From a virus (lineage: Duplodnaviria > Caudoviricetes), in the IMG/VR virus record IMGVR_UViG_3300043436_001486, positions 1 to 62,453 of that record: 62,453 bases of DNA, one strand, 5' to 3'. A model generated the notes under the pieces. The model did no database searches. It was not told the origin of the DNA and saw only the letters and a program-made list of their open reading frames with translations. Of this stretch, positions 10,083 through 20,232 are shown in pieces; position 1 is the first letter of the stretch, and each line of letters opens with the position of its first letter. Made by a program: the position numbers and the translations under genes.

Positions 10083-11112
10083 TAAATTTAGGCCAAGACT
10101 TAGCAGCGATGAAGCTACTATTTTACAGGAATATAGGGAAAAGAAAAAAGAACATGAAGCACTATTAGAAGAGTGTAGGGTTAACGGAATACCTATTGAC
10201 AGCGTAAATTACTATTGGTATAAGAGTGAAAAATTCTCTTTAAACGTTAAAAATAACGTAAATCTGGATGATGTGCTGGCTGGTATACTAAGGGAGATGG
10301 TTAAGTATGCCCCGAAGTACCCAAAAATAGACTACAAAACTAGCAGCGACTACCACCTACTTGTAATAGACCCTGCCGACATACACATAAACAAGCTTGC
10401 GAAGGCTGTAGAGACGGGAGAGGAATATAACCATGACATTGCTTTCTCCAGAGTAAAAGAGGCTGTAATAGGCCTTATTTCGCGTTCTAGTGGGTACTCT
10501 ATAAACAAGGTGCTGATTGTAATAGGCAACGACATATTGCACGTAGACAGCAATAAGAATACTACAACAGCAGGAACTAGCCAAGATGTTTCAATGATGT
10601 GGTACGATGCGTTTAAGATGGCGCAAAAGCTTCTCGTTGAGTGCATAGAACTTCTGGTTCAAGTAGCTCCAACCCATGTAATATACAACCCGTCAAATCA
10701 CGACATGGCTTCTGGATTCTATTTGGCGCAGGTTATTGAGTCTTGGTTTTCCAATAGTAAAGATGTTACATTTGACATAGGCCCAGCACATAGGAAGTAC
10801 TTTAAATACTATAATAACCTAATAGGGACAACGCATGGCGACGGGGCAAAGGAATCAGACTTGGCGTTGCTGATGGCGCACGAAAGCAAGGACTGGACAG
10901 ATGCAAGGCATCGCTACTTTTACACCCATCACATTCACCATAAGAAGTCTAAGGATTATATGTCAGTAAATGTGGAGTCAATGCGTAGTCCTTCTGGCGC
11001 TGATAGCTGGCATCATCGCGCTGGATTTCAGCATGCACCTAAAGGAGTAGATGCATTCATTCACCACCCCATCCATGGTAGAGTTTCCACATTGTCTTAT
11101 ATTTTTCAGTAA
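10075..11112 (+). CDS. Calcineurin-like metallophosphoesterase
   Basis: DIH, GND..H.D, SNHD, HGD, HIHH motifs. Confidence 0.85.
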   Translation: MINKFRPRLSSDEATILQEYREKKKEHEALLEECRVNGIPIDSVNYYWYKSEKFSLNVKNNVNLDDVLAGILREMVKYAPKYPKIDYKTSSDYHLLVIDPADIHINKLAKAVETGEEYNHDIAFSRVKEAVIGLISRSSGYSINKVLIVIGNDILHVDSNKNTTTAGTSQDVSMMWYDAFKMAQKLLVECIELLVQVAPTHVIYNPSNHDMASGFYLAQVIESWFSNSKDVTFDIGPAHRKYFKYYNNLIGTTHGDGAKESDLALLMAHESKDWTDARHRYFYTHHIHHKKSKDYMSVNVESMRSPSGADSWHHRAGFQHAPKGVDAFIHHPIHGRVSTLSYIFQ

Positions 11113-11137
11113 GTTTGCTGTTCCCAAACAGAGAACT

Positions 11138-11302
11138 ATGAATCTGCCAGAGAAATTCTACGAACTAACTAAAGACAAGCAAGAAGAGGAAGCTAACAAG
11201 ATGACTGAAAAGTACTACAAGCTTGCTGAAAAATGGAGAAAGGTTGCAATACTTGTACGTATTGGCAAGATTCCATCAAACCCACTTAAAGATGTCAGCT
11301 GA
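11138..11302 (+). CDS. Small hypothetical protein
   Basis: MNLPEKFYEL start after TAAGTTTG box. Confidence 0.45.
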   Translation: MNLPEKFYELTKDKQEEEANKMTEKYYKLAEKWRKVAILVRIGKIPSNPLKDVS

Positions 11303-13234
11303 ATAGGATTCAATCATTGGTTGCTTTCTTTTAGCTACAGCATTAGCCTTGTTCTGCCCAGTCATAGTCAGTAGCATAATCATAAAGCTTACTACTGTGT
11401 CAAACTTAGTCCTATTGTCATGCCTATACCTCTTTAATTCCTCCAAAAGTTCTGGGTAGTATATTTTATGGCAATGGTGCTCAACGTAATTTATACAGTA
11501 CTCAAGCTGACGACTTAACGCAAAAGCATCAGCTGATGCTACACCTCTGTCTAAGAAGTTAGTCTTTGCTTTTCTGTCTGGGTTAATTACTGCGTCTGGT
11601 TTCTTTCCAAGCATAGGTAAGCAGTTAACCTCCATGACGTTTCCTTTTTGGAAGTATGGGTAGTAGTCATCTCCTGCATCCTTTTCTATAGTTACCGGAC
11701 AACCAAAGTACATTGCCCCCATCAGCATCTCTTTCCAGAGTAAGTCTTTCATCTTAGGCCTGCCATAATACCACGCAACAGGAAGGCCTGTGTCATCCTC
11801 GTTGGTTATGTCAAGCTTCTCTCCCCACCACGCTGATGCCATTGAGCCATCCCCAGAAACAATGTTATGCCTAAATGGGTCGCATCCTGCTCCGTAGGTA
11901 GCGGAAGCTCCGGGGTACATTACTCCATTCTTTATGATGAAATTATTAGGATTTTTAGGTAGCTTGTATATAACCCAACTACCAGCTGAATCATCTGAAA
12001 ATTGTACCTTATTCTCTCCGTCAATATAAAGCCTGCCTTTTCTTAGTGGTATACTATTCTCTTTTATGTAGTACTCCTGCTTTTCTATATTGTCAAGGTT
12101 GAAATGACAATCAACATCATTAAACTTGAAGGCCTCCATTTCACTTAATGGGTAGTCTCTAATGTCTTGGTCTTGCTTTGAACGCTTCCTTTCTTCAAGT
12201 ATATGCTCCTTAGCTTCTTCAGCTTTAGAAAATCCCCAGTCATCTATAAATCCTGCGTAACCTTCGTTTGCTGGTAGAAAATACCTAACAAGTCTGCTTG
12301 GTGTGTTTCTTCCATACCTAAACTGGTCTGAATCATCCCATAGTTTTTTGAACTCCTGCCCTCCAGAGTTAGGTGGATTAACTGTTGAAATCATCAGCGA
12401 GAATCCTACCTTCTTAGCTCCTTCTGTCAGCGTCTTCTTTGCAATGTTCCAATAGTCTTGAATAGGTATTTCTGTTGGCCATTTTGAACTTTCGTCAATG
12501 ATTAGCCTACTCCATCTTCCGGAATCAAAAGAGTTCAGCGCTGTATTCCTCCATTCAATAAATGAATTAAGTCCTTCCCTTCTGTTGAATAAACCCTTCT
12601 TTACAGACTTCTTCTTACTTGGTTTAACAAAGGTTAGTTTCTTTTTCGGGTCTTCAGAACCGTCTGTTCTTGGCTGAAGAAATGATGGCATTGCTCTAAA
12701 TCCGTACACTACCATGTTCTGAAATAAATCTTCAGAGTCTTTACCCGTCTTGCTAATGATGCCACACCTTACATTTTCAGCAGCAGTTGCAGCCTTTGTT
12801 ATAATACACGAAGCTTGGGATGTAGCACCTTCCCTTCTTTTCTTTACTCGTATAATTCCTAGAATATTCGGGTCAAGCAAACATTCGTTATAGAACAAAA
12901 AGAACTTCCTGTCAGCTTCTCTATATTCTGGATTGCTGCCACTCTCAAGTGCCCAGAAGTTAAGGTAGAAATAGTAGTCTCCAGTTATGTAGGTAGGTGT
13001 TCCTTTGTTAAAGAACCAATACCCATTGGTAACTCTGTCCCACTCTCTTTTAATGAACTCTATATGACTTTCTTCGTATATAGGATTACCGTCTTCATCG
13101 TACTCCAAGTCATCAAATGATTCTGGTATTTCAACACGTTCAAAGCGCTGCTTCTTCTTGCCATAACCGTCTATTGTAGATGCAGGTGGGCATTGCGGAA
13201 ACGTTGCCTCAATTCCATAAATCAGCTCTATCAT
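11276..13234 (-). CDS. terL: Terminase large subunit
   Basis: YITGDYYFYLN, K.RREGAT Walker-A variant, LIIDESSKW Walker B, GCDP nuclease, FD.VVS. Confidence 0.9.
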   Translation of the reverse strand: MIELIYGIEATFPQCPPASTIDGYGKKKQRFERVEIPESFDDLEYDEDGNPIYEESHIEFIKREWDRVTNGYWFFNKGTPTYITGDYYFYLNFWALESGSNPEYREADRKFFLFYNECLLDPNILGIIRVKKRREGATSQASCIITKAATAAENVRCGIISKTGKDSEDLFQNMVVYGFRAMPSFLQPRTDGSEDPKKKLTFVKPSKKKSVKKGLFNRREGLNSFIEWRNTALNSFDSGRWSRLIIDESSKWPTEIPIQDYWNIAKKTLTEGAKKVGFSLMISTVNPPNSGGQEFKKLWDDSDQFRYGRNTPSRLVRYFLPANEGYAGFIDDWGFSKAEEAKEHILEERKRSKQDQDIRDYPLSEMEAFKFNDVDCHFNLDNIEKQEYYIKENSIPLRKGRLYIDGENKVQFSDDSAGSWVIYKLPKNPNNFIIKNGVMYPGASATYGAGCDPFRHNIVSGDGSMASAWWGEKLDITNEDDTGLPVAWYYGRPKMKDLLWKEMLMGAMYFGCPVTIEKDAGDDYYPYFQKGNVMEVNCLPMLGKKPDAVINPDRKAKTNFLDRGVASADAFALSRQLEYCINYVEHHCHKIYYPELLEELKRYRHDNRTKFDTVVSFMIMLLTMTGQNKANAVAKRKQPMIESYSADIFKWV

Positions 13235-13869
13235 TTAAAGTATTTTTGAATTACAAACTCTTCTCCATATTTTTTATAATCAATATATGGCTTAACAGAC
13301 TTTATTCCAAACTCTCTTATCCATACGCACATATTCTTTTTTATACCGCCTATAGTAATAAATACAGAATTTCTCTTATTCAGCGATTGTTCATTTTTTG
13401 GAATCCAAGTGCAATTTTCTGGAGAATAGTTTCCATTTACGTTTATTCTTTCTATAGATAAACCTTCTTTATACCCATTATTAAATGCCCAATCCTTAAA
13501 AGACTCAAAAGATTTAACCCATTCATTACACACCATAATGCCTCTTCCTCCGTAATTATGATACTCTGAATTTGTTTTTCTATAACATCTATCAATCATT
13601 TTATGAAATAACATATAAATCTTTGTGCTAGACATCATGTGAGAAGCGTTTCTGTCTATAAGCTGCTCTCTGTGTATGCATCCGCAGCTCCTAGTATTTT
13701 TATTTTTCAAACACGCCTTTCTTACATAAAACTTATTTCCGCAATCGCATTTTACGTAACAATAAATTTCATGCCCTTTCTTAAATCCATCTTCTAGAAC
13801 AATTAGCTTTTCAAACCTATTGCCAGATATGTCTACAAAATGCCCATTCCTTTTTAATAGCTTTTCCAT
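13231..13869 (-). mobile_element. Free-standing HNH-type homing endonuclease gene inserted at the terL start
   Basis: CDCG/SCGC, YGGRGI.VC.EW, SIERINVNGNYSPENC.W..EQ..N; flanked by a duplicated terL start. Confidence 0.8.
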
Positions 13870-13887
13870 AGAGCAAATATAAGTAAT

Positions 13888-13920
13888 TTACGGCAAACCA
13901 TAAATCAGCTCAATCGCCAT
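13888..13920 (-). pseudogene. Orphaned terL start (MAIELIYGLP*)
   Basis: 17/18 nt identical to current terL start (13215-13232 vs 13898-13915). Confidence 0.8.
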
Positions 13921-13929
13921 ATATTATAT

Positions 13930-14745
13930 TTAATCTGTGCAAAAACCTGCTTGACATCCAGAGCCCGTACCAAAGTCAAATTCAGATTGTAGTGCTATTT
14001 TTTTTATAGTCTCGTAGTTCATTTCCTTCTTCCATTTCTTGTTTTCTCCCTCTTGATTAGCAAACCATTGCATCTTTTTCTCATTGTCATCCCAATTTTT
14101 ACGCAGTTGCTGAAGTGGTTTATGAAAGCAACCAACACAATTGGAGTCACTTGGGAAGAATAAGCCGCTTTGGTTTGCCCATTTGACTACTTTTGGGTGA
14201 ATAACTTTATTTTCAATAAGCGGAAATGACGCCTCTCTCCATTCTATTTCTTCCCATTTATTGCGTGTACCTCTTTTGCCCACTATTCCTTTAAATGAGT
14301 TTCTGATGTTGTCGGCACGTTCCATTTCATCATATCTTATGCCTATGTTCATCTTAACCTTCTCATTGATGTTCTTAAACCACCAGTCAAATATTGGCCG
14401 CATTTTTAGTTCAGTTGTGCAGAATCTCCACATCATATTTGGTAGACCATTTCCTCCTGTTGCCTTCCTATTTACTAGCTCAAAACTATTCCCAGAAACC
14501 CAAGTAATTTCTTTTCCTATCAATTGCTCAAGGTCACGCATTGCATAAAGTGTGGCATCATCTTCAGCAGTTGCGATGAAATCTTTACCTATCTTATCAC
14601 TTGCATACTTTACAAGTTCTTTGTCTGATGGTTTACAATTATCATCTTCTATGGTAACAAGAGCAAAAATATTGTAATCAGCAGGATAATGAACCGCCAT
14701 ATACGATGAAGTCTTACCTCCACTTAATGAATTAATTGAAATCAT
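13930..14745 (-). CDS. PAPS-reductase-family (PP-loop) protein
   Basis: SLSGGKTS, RFCTTELK..P, IGIR.DE..R, SNCVGC, C-terminal C..GFC. Confidence 0.8.
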   Translation of the reverse strand: MISINSLSGGKTSSYMAVHYPADYNIFALVTIEDDNCKPSDKELVKYASDKIGKDFIATAEDDATLYAMRDLEQLIGKEITWVSGNSFELVNRKATGGNGLPNMMWRFCTTELKMRPIFDWWFKNINEKVKMNIGIRYDEMERADNIRNSFKGIVGKRGTRNKWEEIEWREASFPLIENKVIHPKVVKWANQSGLFFPSDSNCVGCFHKPLQQLRKNWDDNEKKMQWFANQEGENKKWKKEMNYETIKKIALQSEFDFGTGSGCQAGFCTD

Positions 14746-14748
14746 ACT

Positions 14749-15105
14749 TTAGTATAAAAATTCTATTATAGGTACAAGTACTCCTTTTGAACTATTCTCA
14801 TCTCCTCCTTCCTTAAATCCATTAATAGCATGGTATTTCTTTACAAGAGCCTTTAGCTTTTCTACTGGAACTATAATAGCTGAACCGGATGCCTCAATCT
14901 TATACACCCAGAACTCTGCTGTTGTAGTGCTGATGCCAGATGCTTTTCCTCTTGAGAAGACTTCTATAAACACATTGCCAGTCCTATGCGCCATTGAATC
15001 TACTTTAACTTCAGCTTTAATCTTTCCGTTAAATAAATCGTTGGCCCAGTCTTCCGTCAATGTGCCTATATGCAAGTCGTATGTAAAGCTACTAGAGTAT
15101 TTCAT
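14749..15105 (-). CDS. PD-(D/E)XK-like nuclease-fold protein
   Basis: EVKVD..TGNVFIE..SGI..T.A.FW..GGD..S.G.LVP. Confidence 0.55.
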   Translation of the reverse strand: MKYSSSFTYDLHIGTLTEDWANDLFNGKIKAEVKVDSMAHRTGNVFIEVFSRGKASGISTTTAEFWVYKIEASGSAIIVPVEKLKALVKKYHAINGFKEGGDENSSKGVLVPIIEFLY

Positions 15106-15389
15106 CAGAAGGGAAGCTGGTCTACATCATCAAAAGATGGCTTAGGTGCTGAATATGCTGCCTGTGGGGCAGCCTTTGCTCCATCTGGTTTCCATGTGTC
15201 AATAGTAATTTCCACATCCTTACCATACTTGTCTGGTTCAGACTTAAGGTTAATGTTCAGCTTAATAAACTTGTTACCATTAAACTCTTGTACATATTCA
15301 GCAAACTTTTCTGGGTTTACTGTTACTTGTAACCAAGTGTCTGACTTTTTCTTACCGCTGCCGCAGTAAATCTTCTTTTGCTTTTCCAT
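15105..15389 (-). CDS. Putative single-stranded DNA-binding protein
   Basis: Small beta domain, flexible linker, acidic tail DDVDQLPF. Confidence 0.55.
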   Translation of the reverse strand: MEKQKKIYCGSGKKKSDTWLQVTVNPEKFAEYVQEFNGNKFIKLNINLKSEPDKYGKDVEITIDTWKPDGAKAAPQAAYSAPKPSFDDVDQLPF

Positions 15390-15407
15390 TGTTTTGTTTT
15401 TTAATTA

Positions 15408-15569
15408 TTAAAATTCGTATAAACTCTTGTATTCTTTGTTCTGTTCTCTTTTTTTCTTCTTATACCCGTTAACGCACTCCTTGCAATAAGACATCAGCCC
15501 GTTCAACTTCAGCTTGTTTCTTGTAAAATACTTTTCTTCTTTATTTGCTTTACACTTTGCGCAAACCAT
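15408..15569 (-). CDS. Small zinc-finger protein (not in ORF track)
   Basis: MVCAKC...SYCKEC, 53 aa. Confidence 0.55.
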   Translation of the reverse strand: MVCAKCKANKEEKYFTRNKLKLNGLMSYCKECVNGYKKKKREQNKEYKSLYEF

Positions 15570-15579
15570 ACTTTACATA

Positions 15580-15975
15580 TTATAAATGAGTCATCTCTGA
15601 TTTAAGGTAGCTTAATGCAGTCCTCAATCTGTCGCTCGTGTAGTGACTTTCTTTAATAAGTAATCTAATCAGCGTTAAATAAAAGTTTGTACTACCTATT
15701 TCATTGTTAAGGATTATTCTTTTCTCCGCTGCTCCTCTTGTTTCCATGTCTAGTACTGCTAACTTCTTCATAGCAAGCTTGTCATTAAGAAACTCAAGCA
15801 TTGCTTCACATTCAGCAGCTGTTGCTGCTATGTTGTTGATTTCTCCTAATTGCTGAAGTACTGACATTGGATTGGTAAAGTCTACCTTGTTTGCTATTAC
15901 CTTCTGTACTGCTCCGTGCATTTCTTTAGCAGCGGTGAATCTTTTCTCTAACGAATCATCATCAAATGTTCTCAT
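15580..15975 (-). CDS. Hypothetical helical protein
   Basis: ORF in operon. Confidence 0.55.
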   Translation of the reverse strand: MRTFDDDSLEKRFTAAKEMHGAVQKVIANKVDFTNPMSVLQQLGEINNIAATAAECEAMLEFLNDKLAMKKLAVLDMETRGAAEKRIILNNEIGSTNFYLTLIRLLIKESHYTSDRLRTALSYLKSEMTHL

Positions 15976-16012
15976 GTTGTTTGTGTGTTAATGCAAGTTA
16001 CAAATAATCAGC

Positions 16013-16423
16013 TTATTTTTTCTTCCGTTTTTTGCCATTCATTCTCTTAAGCTTCTCTTTACTTTTTGCTTCATTTTTCTTTTTATAATACTCTTCACTA
16101 TTTTCTAGCTTAACTTGGAATGGTTTGTAATCAACTGGAACGCATCTTTTTTTTGTTTCTTTTTTTGTCTTGTTTGTTATTAAAAAATCCTTAGAAGTTT
16201 TTCCTTTATGCTCGTTCTTATGACATCTTTCACATAGTGTAATAAGCTGACTTCCGCTGTACTCCCAAGGCATTAGTCCGTTTATATAAACCTTGTGATG
16301 AACTTGTAATAACCTTGTTGATTCGCATATTTTACATTTGAATTTGTCTCTTTTCTTTATTGATAAAGAAAGTTCCTTCCATCTTAAGTCATAGAGAAGA
16401 ACTTTGTACTGCTCCTTTGTCAC
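16013..16423 (-). CDS. HNH endonuclease
   Basis: W...RD.F.C.IC..LQVHH..LITLCERCH..EH. Confidence 0.8.
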   Translation of the reverse strand: MTKEQYKVLLYDLRWKELSLSIKKRDKFKCKICESTRLLQVHHKVYINGLMPWEYSGSQLITLCERCHKNEHKGKTSKDFLITNKTKKETKKRCVPVDYKPFQVKLENSEEYYKKKNEAKSKEKLKRMNGKKRKKK

Positions 16424-16868
16424 ATATTTCTTTAAAAGGGTTTGAAGAAATTCCTCCTAATTCAGCTGATTCGTCTTGCAAAAACTCTATTCTACTCTTC
16501 TTGTCCGACTGCCAGAATATGTAAGGGTTTAAGTAATAATGTCCTTTACCATACTTAGTTAGCGCTCCTGCATTACACAATTCTTCTATACATCTGTAGT
16601 ATGTTGCAATGCTTATTGGATTAGAGTTGTTATTTTTTAAGTAAGAAACAAACTTTAAATGCCCTTTAGAACTTACGATAACGCCATTCATTGTATTCGC
16701 CTCAGCAAGCAAGTAAAAAAGCAATTTCCAGCTTGTGCCACCATCAATATTCAGCGCAATCTTTACAAATGACTTGTAAACTTGCGTAAAGTCTTCATCA
16801 ATTTCAAAATAACCCTTCTTTGTAACGGTTATTGTTTTCTGCGTGTTAAAGTATATTCTCTTACTCAT
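16389..16868 (-). CDS. RepL-like winged-helix replication/maintenance protein
   Basis: F.QVY, S.ATYYR.I.EL, GHYYLNPYIFW. Confidence 0.65.
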   Translation of the reverse strand: MSKRIYFNTQKTITVTKKGYFEIDEDFTQVYKSFVKIALNIDGGTSWKLLFYLLAEANTMNGVIVSSKGHLKFVSYLKNNNSNPISIATYYRCIEELCNAGALTKYGKGHYYLNPYIFWQSDKKSRIEFLQDESAELGGISSNPFKEICDKGAVQSSSL

Positions 16869-17013
16869 GTTTGATTAGTTAATGCAAATGTAATCATTTA
16901 TAATAGTAATGCAAAATATATTATAATCAGCTATTTATAATATTATGCGTTAATATATAAATAAATAGAGAAAAAGTTCTAATGAATTGATTGTCAACAA
17001 TTTAAGTAAAAAA

Positions 17014-17076
17014 GTAGTCTCATCTGGTGAGAGTTGTACTATCACGTGGTGAGAGTTGTACTATCATCTGGTGATA
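17014..17076. repeat. 22-bp tandem iterons (about 2.6 copies), candidate origin or operator
   Basis: ctcatctggtgagagttgtact / atcacgtggtgagagttgtact / atcatctggtgata, next to AT-rich 16890-16975. Confidence 0.7.
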
Positions 17077-17179
17077 ACGTTTGCTATTTTTTTAGCCAAA
17101 TCAGCTGTCTCTATTGCGAAATATGCAAGTATGAATACAGGTATGCTAACAACAAAGAAGTATACAATCTGCAGTACTC

Positions 17180-17341
17180 TCATAGGAACTCATTTATAAG
17201 TGCGTGCTTATGCTCTCCACACCTCCTGCACTTTCCTATTGCTGATGCCCCATGAATCCAAGAAATCCTCCATTTGTGGCCAAATAAACTGCAAAGTAGT
17301 TTTTTAATCATGTGTGAAAGGCTAAGTAGTTTGTTGCTCAT
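17180..17341 (-). CDS. DUF1660-like small Zn-binding phage protein (not in ORF track)
   Basis: KKLLCSLFGHKW...CRRCG. Confidence 0.55.
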   Translation of the reverse strand: MSNKLLSLSHMIKKLLCSLFGHKWRISWIHGASAIGKCRRCGEHKHALINEFL

Positions 17342-17344
17342 ATT

Positions 17345-18375
17345 TTACTTTATTTTAGTGCCATCTGGGTTAGTTCCCTTGTCATTGAACTTCTGGTACT
17401 CATATACTGGGTATACCTCGTCAAATAATTCTTGTCCTGCCCATACCCCACTTACCATCTCAAAACTCCACACACCATCAGCAATCTTCCACCTTGCGTT
17501 CTTCCTCTGCTGATTCTTCTTTATGTACTCTGCTATGCTGTGCGTTACCATTTACTATGTCTTTTAGCTGATTAAATATGTCTTCAGAATGTTCTCCCCA
17601 GTACATCTTGCAGGTACTATTTTCAAATGGAGGAACTGAAAAATAAGCCTGCCATAATTCATTTGCCTTTGCCGTAAACCTATAGCAGCTTTCTTTTACT
17701 GGGCAAAACATACCCGTACATTTAGTTATATCACTCATTTTAATCTTTTTTTAATGTCTGATTGGGAGTAGTTTAGTCCAAGAGAAATCCTGTCCTTGTC
17801 TTGTATTTCGTTCATTTCCAGCTTTTTAATAACGTATTCATACTGATGGGTATGCCTTAATTCATCTATTATAAAGTGTAAAGTTCGCTTTCTTTCATCA
17901 TCATAGGTAGTTCTCTCTAAGAAATCATGCAGGTAGTCTCTCTTTCCGTCTCCAATACTGTCCTCTGTGTACATAAAATTAGTTTTTTGTTCCGCAATGT
18001 GGGCATAAAGGAATAGATTTTTTACCCTTGTAAATAGTCTGGGTAAATAGCTTCTTGCAGTTTTTACACTTTAGCCAAACCATCTACAAACTTTTTAATG
18101 ATTAATTCAAGTTCATCCTGCTGCTCTCTTTCTAAACTCATCATCAGCCTAAGAACCTCGTCATACCTAAGTGTGTCAATAGTCTTTAGCACAGACGGGT
18201 CTGTCTTTAACTGCATAGCTTTTACAATCCAATGAAACTTGTTAGCTATGGATGCTATATTCTGCCTAACATACTTGTCAATTCTCTTGTCAATAACCAA
18301 ATCATCAGCATACATAAATCCATTTACCGCACTAACATAAACCATGAATAGGTTTTCTCTTTGGCTTTCAGTCAT
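17345..18375 (-). other. Four small hypothetical CDS (17345-17551, 17478-17738, 17735-17974, 18064-18375)
   Basis: Tightly packed co-directional ORFs; 17478-17738 has the conserved DITKC.G..CP....CYR motif. Confidence 0.55.
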
Positions 18376-18384
18376 AATTATTGT

Positions 18385-20232
18385 TTAAAATGATGAATCT
18401 TCTAAGTCTAAATCCTCTTCTCTCTCCTTGTCAATAAGCTTCTTGTCCATTCTTAGGTAGTCCCTTTCAAATGGAAGGTGTCCGTATTCATCCGTAAATT
18501 CTACTCCGTTGTGCATTTTTATACGTATGGATTCTCCGTTCTTAGTAACTCCTCCACCCGTAAACTCTGCTGTCCTATGCTTTACAATCTTTAGCTCGTT
18601 AATCATCCAGCTTTCCGGGTCTTGCGTATTCCTATTCATTACAATGAATATGTCAGTCTTATTTACCAGAACTGCGCCACCATCAGCATCAGCAGGGTAA
18701 GGCATTGGCTGATTACCGTCCTTATTCCTTTGCCTCTGGCTTTCACTCCTTGTATGTACAGAAAGTAGTACAGTTATGTTTGTCCTCTTGGTAAACAGAA
18801 GCATATTGGTGTACATTTCCATCTCATGCTCATACTTAGAGGCCTTTCCGCTCATTTTAAGTGAGTTTACTGGGTCTATCAGTAGGCCTTTTACGGCATG
18901 AAACTTAGAAACCGATTCAGCGTACTCCAGAATCTCCTCATAATCATGCATCTTGTCGTTGTTAATGAAGAAAATTCTGTCATTAACCCACTTCATTGCC
19001 TGCTGAAAGAAGTCTTCTGGGCAGTCTTTAATCTTTGAGCCTACATAAAACTCTACGAATCTCATCTTAACGGATGCTACCTTGTTCTCTCCCGTATAAA
19101 CTACCCAGCACCAATCATACTTCAGCGCTGAAAGGAATATAAGCCACAAAGTAACTTGTGTTTTACCCGTAGAAGTATGGCTTAGAATCGCATAGAACTG
19201 CCCTTCATTGAGAAGTAAATGCTTGTCCATGTCTTCATACCCAAATGGTTTACCCATTGGAATTAAGCCTGCTCTGTACTTCCTAATGAACTCTTCATCA
19301 GCTCTGTTGTTTGAGAGGAAAGAAAGTTCATCCTCAATAGCACCTACCTCATGCCAAACTTCCTGCTCATACCTATCAATGTCGCTGATTGGCATATACC
19401 TTCCAGCCTTAATGCCATCTCTTACGGCCTTTAGCTCTGTCTCCTGCTCATCATGGGCAAACTTCTGCATTACCTCATACTCCAGAACCATCGTCCCAAT
19501 GTACTCCTCTACAATACCGCCAGAAATCAGCCCGCCGACAAGGTACGCTGATTTGATTACAGCATTGTGCCTACTTCCTTGTTCAGCTACCCTAATCATC
19601 TTAGCAGCAACCCCAAGCCTTTTGTAGTCTGTGAATCCAGAAGTCATAGTAACGCCCTGCGTAACTACCTTCTCTGTTAATTCAAAGAATACTTGGGAGT
19701 TTTCGTTTATGTAAATGTCTGGGTCATAGCTGAAGAACAGAACCCTTGACGGGTTTCTTGCAGTCGGGTCAAATACAGGGTAGCGTTTTAGTAGTGCAGT
19801 ATAGTGTTCATCATGCCTATTACCATCAGCAATCTTAATCAGTCCATGCAGTCCGGTGCCCGAAGGGGAAGTCCATAAGGCATAAATATACGGGTCTTTA
19901 TGCACCTCCGCCTTATACTTCTGAATATCTACATCATCAATGTCAAATGGCAATAGCTTTGAGTGTTCAGAAAGGGAGTCATCAGTCCTATATGACTTGT
20001 AATAACTACCATCTTCCCTCTCTTTTATGACTTGAATGTCAAACTTTCCAGCAAATAGAACGCAAGGGAGTGTCATTTTTAAATCCCTAATTCGGGAATC
20101 ATCCGACTCAGCCCTTATTTTTTCTATTAAATCTTTCTGGTTGCCGTTCCTTATGCCATCAAGGACAGTAGGAAGCTCAATGTAATACGGGTTTTCAACA
20201 TCCTTAAAAGACCTAAATACTGTTACCTTCAT
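18385..20232 (-). CDS. Primase-helicase (BT4734/VirE N-terminal-like domain plus SF4 DnaB-like helicase)
   Basis: LK..LP.V.F.G.F, FDIDD, SPSG.G.HG, R..FFSYDPD; TSTGKT Walker A, LIDP Walker B. Confidence 0.8.
   Translation of the reverse strand: MKVTVFRSFKDVENPYYIELPTVLDGIRNGNQKDLIEKIRAESDDSRIRDLKMTLPCVLFAGKFDIQVIKEREDGSYYKSYRTDDSLSEHSKLLPFDIDDVDIQKYKAEVHKDPYIYALWTSPSGTGLHGLIKIADGNRHDEHYTALLKRYPVFDPTARNPSRVLFFSYDPDIYINENSQVFFELTEKVVTQGVTMTSGFTDYKRLGVAAKMIRVAEQGSRHNAVIKSAYLVGGLISGGIVEEYIGTMVLEYEVMQKFAHDEQETELKAVRDGIKAGRYMPISDIDRYEQEVWHEVGAIEDELSFLSNNRADEEFIRKYRAGLIPMGKPFGYEDMDKHLLLNEGQFYAILSHTSTGKTQVTLWLIFLSALKYDWCWVVYTGENKVASVKMRFVEFYVGSKIKDCPEDFFQQAMKWVNDRIFFINNDKMHDYEEILEYAESVSKFHAVKGLLIDPVNSLKMSGKASKYEHEMEMYTNMLLFTKRTNITVLLSVHTRSESQRQRNKDGNQPMPYPADADGGAVLVNKTDIFIVMNRNTQDPESWMINELKIVKHRTAEFTGGGVTKNGESIRIKMHNGVEFTDEYGHLPFERDYLRMDKKLIDKEREEDLDLEDSSF

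Noticed and set aside
13231-13920. Group I intron in terL
   Set aside because: The insert is almost entirely ORF plus promoter; there is no space for a ribozyme core, and terL has its own complete start.
17014-17076. Mini CRISPR array
   Set aside because: Tandem 22-bp units with no spacers.
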